Position numbers and translations under genes: made by a program. Positions 11,617 to 23,790 of a DNA stretch of 64,000 nucleotides are shown here, piece by piece. Position 1 is the first letter of the stretch, and every line of letters starts with the position of its first letter. This DNA comes from Saccharolobus solfataricus P2. GTDB lineage: Archaea > Thermoproteota > Thermoprotei_A > Sulfolobales > Sulfolobaceae. Location: assembly GCF_000007005.1 (NCBI RefSeq), contig NC_002754.1; one strand, written 5' to 3'. The notes under the pieces were generated by a model, which saw only the letters and a program-made list of their open reading frames with translations, ran no database searches and had not been told where the DNA came from.

Positions 11617-12948
11617 ATGTTTAAATACATTAAAAAAGCTGAAGAGCTAGGAGCCAGTTTTGCCGATATTAGATACGAAAGAGTAATAGCAAATGAAGTA
11701 ACCATTACAGAGGATAGAAAATACGTAAGTCACGGAGTAGATGAAGGTTATTCGATTAGAGTAATTTATAATAGAAATTGGGGATTTAAAGCAACTGATA
11801 AGATTACTGAAAACGAGATAGAGGATACCATAAATCACATATATGGTGACGAAAGAGTTAACATCGTATATTTGCCTTCAAAACATGATACTATAAAAAT
11901 TGGTAAGGATATTAACAAAAATGAAGAGGAAAAAATCAACGATTTGCACAAAGTCGCGAGCCAAGTTAATACCCTTCATCCTAGTATAAAATCATATTCC
12001 ATAAAATATTATGATGAAATTTTTCATAAGGAATATTATAGTTCAGAGGATAGAGAAATAATAGCTGATGGGAGCTCCTCTAGTTTATCTATTTTAGTTG
12101 TTGCAAGGGAAGGAGATGTAACTGTTGAGGTGTCAGAGATATTAAGCACTCAAATGGGTTATATATTTGACGTTTTTGATATAAATCAAGTATTAGCTAA
12201 TCTTCAGAAGAGAATCATAAATCAATTAAAGGGAAGTACACCTAAAGCTGGTGAGTATCCAGTAATTTTAGCTCCAGAGGTAGTAGGGATTTTTACACAT
12301 GAGGCTATAGGGCATTTGAGTGAGGCTGATGTAACATTAAACGGATCGCTATATAAATTAAGGAACAAGAGAATAGGAGATGAGTTCTTAAACATCTCTG
12401 ACCTTCCCGCTATGGATCATCCTCAGTCTAGTCTCGTATATTATGACGATGAAGGAGTTGAGGGAAGAGAGGTAAAAATTATCGAGAATGGTATTCTAAA
12501 AGAGTTTATGACTGATAGATACTATTCAGCATATCTGGGGCAACCTCCTACTGGAAACGCTAGGGCACAAAGCTATAGAAACTTCTCATTAATCAGAATG
12601 AGAAACACTTACATGAAGCCTGGGGACGCTAGTTTAAATGAATTATTTGAAGGAATAAAGGAAGGATATTATTTGGTTTCACCTATAGGTGGTGAAACGA
12701 GTAGTAATGGTACGTTTCAGTTTGCAATTCAAGAAGGTTATAGAGTAGAAAACAGCGAGATAAAAGAACCATTAAGAAATATTGGGATTTCTGGCAATAC
12801 AATAAGTACTCTAAACGCGATTGAGATGATTTCTAAGGATTTTGGAATGTCTTCAGGCTTTTGTGAAAAGAATGGGCAAACAGTTCAAGTTAGTAATGGA
12901 GGTCCACATATTAAAGTGAAAAAGCTTAAGGTGGGAGGCTATGTATGA
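11617..12948 (+). CDS. tldD: TldD metalloprotease
   Basis: HEAIGH (HExxxH), DDEGV, GNARAQSY, RMRNTY and a C-terminal Cys (GFCEK). Confidence 0.9.
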   Translation: MFKYIKKAEELGASFADIRYERVIANEVTITEDRKYVSHGVDEGYSIRVIYNRNWGFKATDKITENEIEDTINHIYGDERVNIVYLPSKHDTIKIGKDINKNEEEKINDLHKVASQVNTLHPSIKSYSIKYYDEIFHKEYYSSEDREIIADGSSSSLSILVVAREGDVTVEVSEILSTQMGYIFDVFDINQVLANLQKRIINQLKGSTPKAGEYPVILAPEVVGIFTHEAIGHLSEADVTLNGSLYKLRNKRIGDEFLNISDLPAMDHPQSSLVYYDDEGVEGREVKIIENGILKEFMTDRYYSAYLGQPPTGNARAQSYRNFSLIRMRNTYMKPGDASLNELFEGIKEGYYLVSPIGGETSSNGTFQFAIQEGYRVENSEIKEPLRNIGISGNTISTLNAIEMISKDFGMSSGFCEKNGQTVQVSNGGPHIKVKKLKVGGYV

Positions 12949-14191
12949 AAGACTAATCTCAAGAGCTAAAGCTATGGGGATCTCGTTAGAAATTTTTTCT
13001 GTTAAAATGAGAGAATATACTATAGCTAAAGATAAGTTCTACGTTCCAATTATTGTGGAAGAGACAGGCTATGGGATAAGGCTAATTGATGAGAAATATA
13101 GGATCGGTTATATATACACTAAAAAACTTAACGATAACGTGTTAGAAGAAGCCTTAAAAATAGCCAAATTGGGAGAATCGGATAAGGCTAATATATTGCC
13201 ATCGAAACAACCAGTAAAAAGAATTAATGAGAATCAAATAAATGAGGATGTAGTACAAGATACAATTAAAGATCTAATAGAATTAGAGGAAAAGGTAAAT
13301 CTTACTTCGGCTTCAGCATCTGCAATAAACTATGAGGTTTCTATATTCAATACTGAAGGAGTTGAGGTGAGTGAAAAACGAGGAGTACTTTCAGTACAAG
13401 CTTCAGCTAATGATGGCAATAATTCCCCAGAAATTTATGAATATCTAATAAAAAGAGATTCAAAGATATCGCTTGAAAAATTAAAAGCGTCAATAATTGA
13501 GAAGGTAAAAATAATGAAGAAAAAAGAGAGAATAGATCCCAAAGGATATGATGTAACTTTTACACAAAAGGCATTAGACTCGTTATTTTCATCATTATTC
13601 CCATCGCTGTTTTCTGCTAGAAACTTCTATAAGGAAACTAGTCCATTTAAGTTAGGAGAACTAGTAAATGAGAATCTAGAAATAATTGATGATCCTTTGA
13701 ACCAATCATTACCTTTTAGTAGATCTTTTGACGATGAGGGAAATCCATCAAGAGTGAGTAAAGTTATAGAAAGTGGTTTAGTGAAGAGACCATTAACTAA
13801 CACTTACTGGGCTACAAGAATGTCTGTCGAAAATACCAGTTCAGCATCGAGAAATCTAGATTGGGTAGTTCCTTCATATTTCATACCGCCTCATGTAGAT
13901 TTTTCAAACATAATTTTTGACTATAAAAACACTGAATCTAATATTGAGGAAAATAGCGTAATTGTGGATCAGCTAGAAGGGATAGATACTGCAGATTTAA
14001 GTTCAGGTAACTTCAGCCTTGTAGCAAATGTAAGTTGGCTAAATAGAAAAGATGAGAAAATAGGACTAGAAGAACTGCTAATTACTGGAAATCTTAAGCA
14101 GTTGCTCAAAAATATTGTGAGTACTTCCAAAAATATTGAGAACTATGGAAAAGTAGTCAGTGGAAAATTAAAGGTAAGAGGTCTTTCATTA

Positions 14192-14200
<9 letters not shown>
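12941..14200 (+). CDS. tldE: TldE/PmbA partner subunit
   Basis: Overlaps tldD. Has FDDEG and SGNFSL motifs and lacks HExxH. Confidence 0.85.
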
Positions 14201-15953
<1,753 letters not shown>

Positions 15954-15971
15954 TTAACAAGAAAATATACT

Positions 15972-16027
15972 TGTCGATGATGAGTCAAGAAAAATGATTT
16001 GATGATTTTTGAGGTGATCTCTGAATA
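15972..16027 (+). ncRNA. box C/D sRNA whose D guide is complementary to the 16S rRNA 3' end
   Basis: C AUGAUGA 15977-15983, D' AUGA 15994-15997, C' UUGAUGA 15999-16005, D CUGA 16021-16024, with canonical spacing, in an intergenic gap. Confidence 0.8.
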
Positions 16028-16063
16028 AAGTTATTTAAAGGAGTAGGAAAAGAGTGTATAGGA

Positions 16064-16576
16064 ATGACAGAACAGACTATTTTAATGGGTAATTTAAATG
16101 AAGTAGCTAAAAAGGCGGCTCAATGGCTAATTAATAGGAAACCCATCAAATCGATAATTGATTGGGGAATTTCATTTTCTTTATGGCCACCTCACTTTAC
16201 TACATCTTGTTGTGGTACGGAATTTGGAGCTTTCGCAGCTGCAAGATTTGATGCAGAGAGATATGGGATGTTGCCATTCTCCTCTGCTAGACAATCAAAT
16301 ATACTTATACTGGAAGGTACGCTAAGTAGAAAAATGGGTAGAGCAGCGAGAATTGTTTATGACCAGATGCCAGAACCAAAATACGTTATCGCCCTTGGAG
16401 CGTGTATACTCGAAGGAGGAATCTTTTGGAATTCTTATAATACCGTGCTTCCCTCAGATATTGGAATACCAGTTGATTTATACGTTCCGGGATGCCCAAT
16501 AAGGCCAGAGGCTGTAGCTAGAGCAGTATTAATGTTACAGAAGAAGATAAGAACTCAAGGAGCCCTTAAGACATAA
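16064..16576 (+). CDS. nuoB: NADH-quinone oxidoreductase subunit B (NuoB-like)
   Basis: TTSCCGTE, SARQS, EPKYVIALGAC, VDLYVPGCPIRPE. Confidence 0.9.
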   Translation: MTEQTILMGNLNEVAKKAAQWLINRKPIKSIIDWGISFSLWPPHFTTSCCGTEFGAFAAARFDAERYGMLPFSSARQSNILILEGTLSRKMGRAARIVYDQMPEPKYVIALGACILEGGIFWNSYNTVLPSDIGIPVDLYVPGCPIRPEAVARAVLMLQKKIRTQGALKT

Positions 16577-17757
16577 ATGTTATTTACATTAGTGTGAGTA
16601 TATCCTGTTTTTATAACAGCTTTATGGCTTTCTAGCAATCCATAGCTATTATGAGTCTCCAATGCATTATTTATCTCATCCTCTCTTATTTCCATGTCAG
16701 AACTGACCTTACAACCAGCATATTCTGAGTTACCGTCGATCCCATCAGTAGCGAAACCTAAAAGTTCAAATCTATTTCTTTTTTTAGCATATTTAAGGAA
16801 AGATAAACATACCTCTCCATTCCTTCCACCTTTCCCTGCCTTTCCTTGAATTGTAACTTCAGGCTCTCCACCAACCAATAAATAGTAAGGTCTCCTAAAA
16901 GGTATATTGTAGCTCTCTGATGAATTATAAATCGAGGCGATAATAGCTCCAACATCTCTCGCCTCTCCTCTGATTTCAGAAGTAAGAATGAAAGAGTTCA
17001 CCAGAGTATTCGCAAGCTTCCTAAGCACCTCCATGTTATCTAAAATTATGTAATTTTTTACGATTCTAGAGAAACTCTTAGGAGTCTCTGTTAAATACTT
17101 AGAGTATTTCTCCAACCCTATAGCTTTTAAAATTTCTAACGCATCATCATTACTAGAATTATCAATACTAGTAAGACCACTCCCAATACTACTAATGTCA
17201 TTACCTGGGACATCACTAACAATAAATGATACTATAGGGATTTTATCTTTTACATATTCAAGTATTTTACCACCTTTTACCTTAGATAGATGTTTCCTTA
17301 CTATATTTATTTTATTAATCCCCAATCCAGAGGTTACGAGCACCTTGTTAATTATTTTTAACTCATCTAAGGGTATTTCAGAATACTCAACTAGTGCAGA
17401 TGCACCCCCAGAAATTGCAAATATTACTAAATCGTAGTCTTCATTAGCTAGTAACTCTATCATCCTTTTCCCAGCCTTTATGCTGTTCTCGTCTGGCAAA
17501 GGGTGGCCAGCTTCTATAACATCATTTTCTTTTCCGTTAGTACCCTTTGGTGTCACTATTAATTTAGCCTTTAGCTCCATCCTCTCTCTGAAGAATCTCG
17601 CCATAGGTAGAGAGGCTTTCCCTATTGAAATTAGTATAGGTTTTTTAAATGGAATCTTTTCGTTGTTAAATAGAAGAATATTATTATATACCCTAACTTT
17701 CTCTTGTAAAGCCTTATAGGGATCTGTATACTCTAATATCTTATCAACAATATCCAT
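16555..17757 (-). CDS. glycerate 2-kinase (MOFRL family)
   Basis: IGKAS, AGHPLPD, ISGGASAL, GGRNGE, TDGIDGNS, TGYTHTNVNN. Confidence 0.9.
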   Translation of the reverse strand: MDIVDKILEYTDPYKALQEKVRVYNNILLFNNEKIPFKKPILISIGKASLPMARFFRERMELKAKLIVTPKGTNGKENDVIEAGHPLPDENSIKAGKRMIELLANEDYDLVIFAISGGASALVEYSEIPLDELKIINKVLVTSGLGINKINIVRKHLSKVKGGKILEYVKDKIPIVSFIVSDVPGNDISSIGSGLTSIDNSSNDDALEILKAIGLEKYSKYLTETPKSFSRIVKNYIILDNMEVLRKLANTLVNSFILTSEIRGEARDVGAIIASIYNSSESYNIPFRRPYYLLVGGEPEVTIQGKAGKGGRNGEVCLSFLKYAKKRNRFELLGFATDGIDGNSEYAGCKVSSDMEIREDEINNALETHNSYGLLESHKAVIKTGYTHTNVNNIYVLRAP

Positions 17758-17759
17758 AA

Positions 17760-18098
17760 TTATCCATTCTCTTTTCTATATTCCTTATATAATAAGGATG
17801 CTACTTTTCTTCCCTCTTTACTTAGGTCATAATAAATTCCGTTGGGCTTATGATCTAGTTCTCTAGCTTTAACTTTTAACCACGGCTTTATAGATGACGT
17901 TACAGATTTTTTTAGTGAACCTTTAAATCTAATCAAATATCCCAGTTCTTCTAGTTTTTTACAAGCTTCTTCTATTTGAGCCATATCGTATTTTGCTATC
18001 CATCCGCTTTCTCCTAAAAGTCTCCTCGCCATGTACCAAGGATTATCAGGACCGTATTTGTAAATATGAATTAAGATTTTTTTCATCAATTCATCCAA
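17760..18098 (-). CDS. hypothetical winged-helix protein (DUF2250-like)
   Basis: [13 protein letters not shown]...[10 protein letters not shown]...YYDLSKEGR pattern. Confidence 0.55.
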   Translation of the reverse strand: MDELMKKILIHIYKYGPDNPWYMARRLLGESGWIAKYDMAQIEEACKKLEELGYLIRFKGSLKKSVTSSIKPWLKVKARELDHKPNGIYYDLSKEGRKVASLLYKEYRKENG

Positions 18099-18729
18099 TT
18101 ACTAGCACCTGGTCGCCAATTACTTTGCTAACTTCCTCTATTTCCTCCCCTATCTTAATTTTTATATCAGTGCCATTATTTTCTATAACTTCAAGTACTA
18201 CCCCGGGTTTTAATCCTAGCCGTGTAGCCTCTCTCAAAATCCATTCTTCCTCTCTTACTATCATTACAACCTTATACTTACCAGCAATATTTATTTCAGA
18301 TAGTTTCTTTCCACTCACTTTTATCCTATTTCCTATTGGATGTCCATGAGGACAAGTTGTGGGATAACCAAGTAATCTATCTATTCTCTCCAATATATCA
18401 TCTGGCCAAATGTGTTCTAGCCTGTGTGCTAACTCGTGAGCTCTTATCCAGTCAACCCCAACTATGTCCGTTAATAAACGTTCACTAAGTCTATGAGACT
18501 TAATTAGTCTTTCCGCAATTCTCTTTCCCTCTTCAGTTAACTTTATTTTTCTATCATTAGTTCTCTCTACCAATCCTAATTTTTCCAATTTGTTTAACGC
18601 TTTACTTATTGTTCCTGGTGAAATGTTAAAAATAGAAATTAATTCTGACACTTTAGCACTACCCTTAATTTCCTCTATCTCATACATCTCTTTTAAGTAA
18701 TTTTCTAAAGGTTCCGAAAGTTCAACCAT
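18091..18729 (-). CDS. DtxR/MntR family metal-dependent regulator
   Basis: [33 protein letters not shown] and a FeoA-like C-terminus. Confidence 0.9.
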   Translation of the reverse strand: MVELSEPLENYLKEMYEIEEIKGSAKVSELISIFNISPGTISKALNKLEKLGLVERTNDRKIKLTEEGKRIAERLIKSHRLSERLLTDIVGVDWIRAHELAHRLEHIWPDDILERIDRLLGYPTTCPHGHPIGNRIKVSGKKLSEINIAGKYKVVMIVREEEWILREATRLGLKPGVVLEVIENNGTDIKIKIGEEIEEVSKVIGDQVLVIG

Positions 18730-18733
18730 ATGT

Positions 18734-18970
18734 TTATATTGTGACTCTTGTTTTTATACTCTCAACAAGGTTTGATGCTCTTTCATCCTTAGCGAAAACT
18801 TCTATTAATGCGTTTACCGTTTTTCCGCTTATACCTTCCTTTTGTAGAGTTAACTTTATTTTATAAATGGCTTCATCAACTGCTGCAGATATATGATCGT
18901 GTAATTTAGTTTCTATCTCAAAACCATATACCTTAGCTATTGCATAAAACTTCTGTAGCTCAGACCCCAT
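18734..18970 (-). CDS. small hypothetical protein
   Basis: 78 aa ORF, first of a tightly packed same-strand run with the DtxR gene. Confidence 0.55.
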   Translation of the reverse strand: MGSELQKFYAIAKVYGFEIETKLHDHISAAVDEAIYKIKLTLQKEGISGKTVNALIEVFAKDERASNLVESIKTRVTI

Positions 18971-19066
18971 TTCACTATAACTTTATCCTCAAATCAAAAA
19001 TAAATCTTAGGTTCTAACTACGAACAACCAAAATATTAATATAAAAATTTATCAATATAATTAACT

Positions 19067-19486
19067 GTGTACAAGGTCATTTTTAGAATTAAAGGAGGAT
19101 ATGGAACATCATTTAGAGAATTAAGACAAGCTGGCTTCACTCCAATTTATTTTAGAAGAGATAAAGGTGAGGAATACTATGTAACTATATTTACGGGTAA
19201 AGATTTGAGTGAGGTAAAGGAGGCAATTCTAGACTTATCTTACTATTTGTCTAAATGGGGGAAATATGGTGATCATAACTTCGCAACAATATATGAAGTA
19301 AAGAATCAAAATTTAGGCAAGGTAGCCGGAGGTGCACTAGGTGCACTTGCAGGATATTATCTTGGCGGATTGGCTGGACTAGTCATAGGTGCACTTGGGG
19401 GAATATTTTTAGGTGAGTTAGTAGATATTGAAATGGGAGAAAAATTAGTTGGTGTTTTGGGATGGCCCATGTCAATAAGCAGATAA
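19067..19486 (+). CDS. hypothetical protein with C-terminal glycine-zipper helices
   Basis: GKVAGGALGALAGYYLGGLAGLVIGALGGIFLG repeats of GxxxG. Confidence 0.6.
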   Translation: MYKVIFRIKGGYGTSFRELRQAGFTPIYFRRDKGEEYYVTIFTGKDLSEVKEAILDLSYYLSKWGKYGDHNFATIYEVKNQNLGKVAGGALGALAGYYLGGLAGLVIGALGGIFLGELVDIEMGEKLVGVLGWPMSISR

Positions 19487-19875
19487 GAAAGAGGCTTGTA
19501 AGCATATCACTAGGGATATTATTATTAACGACTTCGATATTTTTACTCATAAAGACTGGAATAAATAGCGAACAATTACAGTCAGCATTATTTTTTGGAA
19601 TAAGTCCCATTCTATTCTATATGTTGGGAATCATATTCGGACTAGAAAGGATAGTATTTGGGGTAACCGGGAGTGAAAAATTATTTAGATTATTAGCAGG
19701 TGATGGTGAGCTCTATTATACCGCTCTCCTAGGAGTATTTTTCATATTCATAATTTCCGGAGTACTAATTCTAGCATACACACCATTAATAGCTGGAATT
19801 ATTGAAAAAGTATTAGAGCTCATCAATGGATTAAGTTTCTTTGCTCTTTCGGCGACATTGTTTATGAGATCTTAA
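19462..19875 (+). CDS. hypothetical multi-pass membrane protein
   Basis: Four hydrophobic segments. Overlaps the upstream gene. Confidence 0.6.
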   Translation: MAHVNKQIRKRLVSISLGILLLTTSIFLLIKTGINSEQLQSALFFGISPILFYMLGIIFGLERIVFGVTGSEKLFRLLAGDGELYYTALLGVFFIFIISGVLILAYTPLIAGIIEKVLELINGLSFFALSATLFMRS

Positions 19876-20560
19876 TACAATTTATTACCTCCCAAGGTCC
19901 TAATTCCTTCCTTTCAACTACTTTTAATGAATTCTCTTGAAGTAAATTAATATAGTAATCATAGTGCCTTAAATTAACTTTCCACCATCTTGACAGTGTT
20001 TTACCTATTATCGAATTTACGTTGGCTAAAACTGCGATACTACATTTACCATTAGATTTAAGTACTCTAGACATTTCTCTTATAGCAAAAGATGGATTAG
20101 ATAACATATGTAAAACTAGTGTAGAAGAAATTCCGTCGGCGATTCCAGACTTGAGAGGTAGATTATTAGCATCAGCCCTTACTGCTATCACCCTAGTCCT
20201 CTTTCTTTTCATATACATTAAAAACCGTAAAGATACATCAATACCAATACAAGTCTTACAATTCAGAAAATCAAAAATCTTACCTGTACCAGTTCCTACA
20301 TCGATTATTAAATCGCCATCTATAAACTCACCAATTTCTCTGAGAAAGGATGTATAAGTTTTACCAGAAGTGATCAGCAATCCTAACGGAGCCCATATAC
20401 TTTCGTAAATAGGAATTACTCTTGATAATAATTTATCGACCTCGACGTCTTTCAATAGGAAATCATAAATTTGGCCTCCAATTATACCAAATTTGTGACC
20501 TTTTTCACACTCTAACTTCTCATTTACATCACTTCTATCAATAGGGCAAGAGAATATCAC
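19862..20560 (-). CDS. class I SAM-dependent methyltransferase
   Basis: N-terminal CP..C..H zinc-ribbon-like segment, IDVGTGTG, ADANNLP. Confidence 0.85.
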   Translation of the reverse strand: MIFSCPIDRSDVNEKLECEKGHKFGIIGGQIYDFLLKDVEVDKLLSRVIPIYESIWAPLGLLITSGKTYTSFLREIGEFIDGDLIIDVGTGTGKIFDFLNCKTCIGIDVSLRFLMYMKRKRTRVIAVRADANNLPLKSGIADGISSTLVLHMLSNPSFAIREMSRVLKSNGKCSIAVLANVNSIIGKTLSRWWKVNLRHYDYYINLLQENSLKVVERKELGPWEVINCIKIS

Positions 20561-21279
20561 AATATATAACTAAAAATCAACTTTATTAAATCTCTGTTAG
20601 TAAGAATTTTAACTTTGTTCTTAACTCTAGTTTTAACTATTAGACTACCAACATTCCTCCCTATCATTAAATTTATCGCATAACTTAACTCACTATTATC
20701 GTCTGCAGTAACTAAATTTACATTCATAATTTTTTCAACTATTGTATTTCCAGTTACTGAGTCATAAGAATAAGCTATATCTCTTGCACTAACTATGCCT
20801 AATGCAATCCCATTAACAATTGGTAAGTGTCTGATATTGTTTTTAAGCATAGTTTCAATACAAGTTGAGATCTTCGTAAAGGGCTGTACTACAATCGCAT
20901 CTTTACTGATACCTTCTACACTTCCCTTTACCGAACTCCAGTTAAAAGATCTTACAACATCCTTTTCAGTTATAATATATTTTCCTCTATATAGTACAAA
21001 GTCTGAGCTCTCACCAATCATCGTTCCTACTATACTTTTAATGTAGTTGTCCTCGACATATACTGGCCTTCTTAACTTTAACTCGTTTAGCCTTACTTCT
21101 AATCTATTTTCCAAAATTTGCCTAATAGCGTTCTCTATTGTAAAAACTCCTATTATATTGCTGGAATTACTTACTACTAATCTTCTCACGTTATTTCTCC
21201 TCATGAAGAATAAAGCGTCCGTTACATACGCATTAGGATCCAACGATATAATTTCAGCTCCATTAATCTGAACTGACAT
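20557..21279 (-). CDS. CBS domain protein
   Basis: Repeated CBS modules (NIRHLPIV...GIVSARDI; NVGSLIV). Confidence 0.85.
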   Translation of the reverse strand: MSVQINGAEIISLDPNAYVTDALFFMRRNNVRRLVVSNSSNIIGVFTIENAIRQILENRLEVRLNELKLRRPVYVEDNYIKSIVGTMIGESSDFVLYRGKYIITEKDVVRSFNWSSVKGSVEGISKDAIVVQPFTKISTCIETMLKNNIRHLPIVNGIALGIVSARDIAYSYDSVTGNTIVEKIMNVNLVTADDNSELSYAINLMIGRNVGSLIVKTRVKNKVKILTNRDLIKLIFSYIL

Positions 21280-21772
21280 TTTTAACTCCTAATACTTTCA
21301 TCAAATTATAAAGGGTTAGTAATAAAGCGTTATCTGATGTTACCTCTACTTTCACATTATCCAATATTAAGGCTCTATTCGTCTTTTGACACTCTTTTTT
21401 TATATCGTTTATAACTTGTTTACTTATGGCTTCAACTTCATTTACGTTATTGATAATGTATTTCTTACCTATATCCACATTCGAAAAACCCTCTACAAGG
21501 ATAACATCTACTGGGAGAAGTGTAATTAAGGTAAGGGAGGATACAGAAGGCATAAACAGAACTGACTCTTCTTCGCCCTCTTGAAATAGAATTAGATCAG
21601 ATCCAGAGTTTCTATATCTATAAGTATCCTTTCCTGCTAAGTCCAACTTGTGATGAGAATGCTTAACCACTGCAACCTTTAAGTTGTCCTTCTTAATCTC
21701 TCTTAATACGCTCTCAATAACACTTGTCTTTCCCGTATCTTTTTTACCTATAATATGAAATATGCATGCCAT
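21263..21772 (-). CDS. mobB: molybdopterin-guanine dinucleotide biosynthesis protein B
   Basis: GKKDTGKT P-loop, VAVVKHSHH, GKDTYRY, ILVEGF. Confidence 0.88.
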   Translation of the reverse strand: MACIFHIIGKKDTGKTSVIESVLREIKKDNLKVAVVKHSHHKLDLAGKDTYRYRNSGSDLILFQEGEEESVLFMPSVSSLTLITLLPVDVILVEGFSNVDIGKKYIINNVNEVEAISKQVINDIKKECQKTNRALILDNVKVEVTSDNALLLTLYNLMKVLGVKNVSSD

Positions 21773-21805
21773 ATCATATATTAATGTGGGGTAAAATATT
21801 AAATT

Positions 21806-22975
21806 GTGGCACTAATTCCAGTTGAAGAGGCTAGAAAAATAATAAGCAATACTAATTTTGAGGTAAAGAGAAGAGAAAAGTACGTTGAAATCTTTCAAGC
21901 ACTAGGTAAAATAGCAGTAGAAGATATACTTGCAGTAAAAAGTATGCCCGAAAGATCATTATCAGCAATGGATGGATATGCAATCAAATATGATGACTAT
22001 CTAAAATATGGAAAGTTAAGAGTCGTAGGAAAACTATATCCAAGCACGTCAAATATTCCAGAATTAAAAGAAGGAGAAACCTATTACGTAACCACCGGTT
22101 CACCTTTACCACTATATGCTGATAGTGTAGTACCAGTTGAAAATTCTAGACTTGAGGGAGAGTATGTTATATTTAAAGGAGAGGTAAAAAAGGGTAAGAA
22201 CATAAGGGAAGAGGGAGAAGACATTAACATAGGACAGATAATAATACAAAAAGGTACTGAAATAACTCCCTATTATTTAGGAATTCTAATACAACAAAAA
22301 ATCTTTCATGTTAAGGTTTCAGATTTAAAGTTTACAGTTTTTGCTAATGGAGACGAAATAACTAGCTTTGAAAATCCACAGAAAAATAAGATTATAGATT
22401 CCATCTCACCGATACTGATCAAAATTCTCGAGAAATTCGGTAGTGTGAAATATATGGGAGTTGCGAAGGACGATTTAAATGATGTAACGGAAAAAATTGA
22501 AAAATCATTAGAAATTTCGGATGTAATAATATCTGTAGGAGGATCATCGGTTGGCGAAAAAGATTACGTAAAAAAGGCCGTAAATAAACTGGGAGAGGTG
22601 CTATTCGATGGCGTATCCGTAAATACAATTAAGAGAGGTAGTGTGGGCAGAATTCAAGGAAAACCAATATTGATATTACCAGGACAAGTAGTATCTGCTA
22701 TAACTGCGTTTCATGAATTTGGTCTTTCAGTATTGTCTAATATATTAGGTACTAATCTAAAGAAGTTTATAAAAAGTACTCTTGTAGAGGACATCTATGT
22801 TAATCACTCTATGGATTCAGTATACCTATTTAATGTTAAGGGGAACTCAGCATTTCCGCTTAGATGGGGCGTAGGTTTGTACAGCGAATTAGCTAAAGCT
22901 AATGGATTTGCAATTCTCAAGAGAGGTTTAACTTATAAGAAAGGGGAAGAAGTTGAGTTACAACAACTCATATGA
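21806..22975 (+). CDS. moeA: molybdopterin molybdotransferase
   Basis: SAMDGYA, TGSPLP, NIREEGED, GGSSVGEKD, ILPGQVVSA. Confidence 0.9.
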   Translation: MALIPVEEARKIISNTNFEVKRREKYVEIFQALGKIAVEDILAVKSMPERSLSAMDGYAIKYDDYLKYGKLRVVGKLYPSTSNIPELKEGETYYVTTGSPLPLYADSVVPVENSRLEGEYVIFKGEVKKGKNIREEGEDINIGQIIIQKGTEITPYYLGILIQQKIFHVKVSDLKFTVFANGDEITSFENPQKNKIIDSISPILIKILEKFGSVKYMGVAKDDLNDVTEKIEKSLEISDVIISVGGSSVGEKDYVKKAVNKLGEVLFDGVSVNTIKRGSVGRIQGKPILILPGQVVSAITAFHEFGLSVLSNILGTNLKKFIKSTLVEDIYVNHSMDSVYLFNVKGNSAFPLRWGVGLYSELAKANGFAILKRGLTYKKGEEVELQQLI

Positions 22976-23537
22976 TGTTATAATACTAGCTGGGGGACTA
23001 TCGAAAAGATTTGGAGCTGATAAATGTTGCTTCGAGGTAAATTCAAAGACAATGTTGGATAGGTTACTAGAGCAATTTGACAATCCCATTGTGGTATCAA
23101 GATCGCCTAGGAGAATAAAAAAGGGAATTTTAGTTATAGAGAAGGGTGAATATGAAGGACCAGTTAAAGGTGTTAGAGAAGGATTAAAATATGTAAGGAG
23201 AGATAGAGTTTTTATCACTGGATGCGACTTTCCGTTCCTCATTAAAAATTTAGTAGATTATGTATGTAGCAAACCATATGACATCGTAATTCCATTTGAT
23301 CATAGACCACAGCCACTGTTAGCTTGTTATTCCACAGAACTGCTTAATAAAAACATTGATAAAATTAATGGACTTGTAGAGCTGATTGAACTCTCTAGCT
23401 CAGTATATTTTATCGGTACTGAAGAACTATTAAAGATAGATCCTTTTCTTTATAGTTTGATTAATATCAATAGTATAATAGATCTAATTTATCGTCCAAT
23501 TAGAATAAAAACGAAATCAAATTTTATTCTTAGATAA
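22953..23537 (+). CDS. mobA: molybdenum cofactor guanylyltransferase
   Basis: IILAGGLSKRFGADK, GPVKG, GCDFPF, NINSIIDL. Confidence 0.88.
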   Translation: MSYNNSYDVIILAGGLSKRFGADKCCFEVNSKTMLDRLLEQFDNPIVVSRSPRRIKKGILVIEKGEYEGPVKGVREGLKYVRRDRVFITGCDFPFLIKNLVDYVCSKPYDIVIPFDHRPQPLLACYSTELLNKNIDKINGLVELIELSSSVYFIGTEELLKIDPFLYSLININSIIDLIYRPIRIKTKSNFILR

Positions 23538-23790
23538 GTGAAAATACATTCTTGATATAGAGACCAAGGTTTTACAATAAAAAGTTCATTAGCAAAACAT
23601 ATTCTCTTTTTAAAGAAGAATAAAAAATTTCTAAAGTAATACGGTAATATATTTAAAGATTTATGGTACTATACTTTGCCATAATGAATTAAGATCATGA
23701 TTGGCGTAACTTTTTTTCGATAATATTCTACTAAGATTTCATAAGGAATGCTTATTAGGTATTTCATTGTGAATTTCTATCAGATACAAA

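Noticed and set aside
19007-19020. TTAGGTTCTAACTA resembling a DtxR operator half-site upstream of the DtxR operon
   Set aside because: Only about half of the 19-bp consensus matches, too weak to call without footprinting.
23540-23770. Minus-strand frame MKYLISIPYEILVEYY... continuing past a TAG
   Set aside because: Very AT-rich, no recognisable motif, interrupted after 32 codons. Probably spurious.
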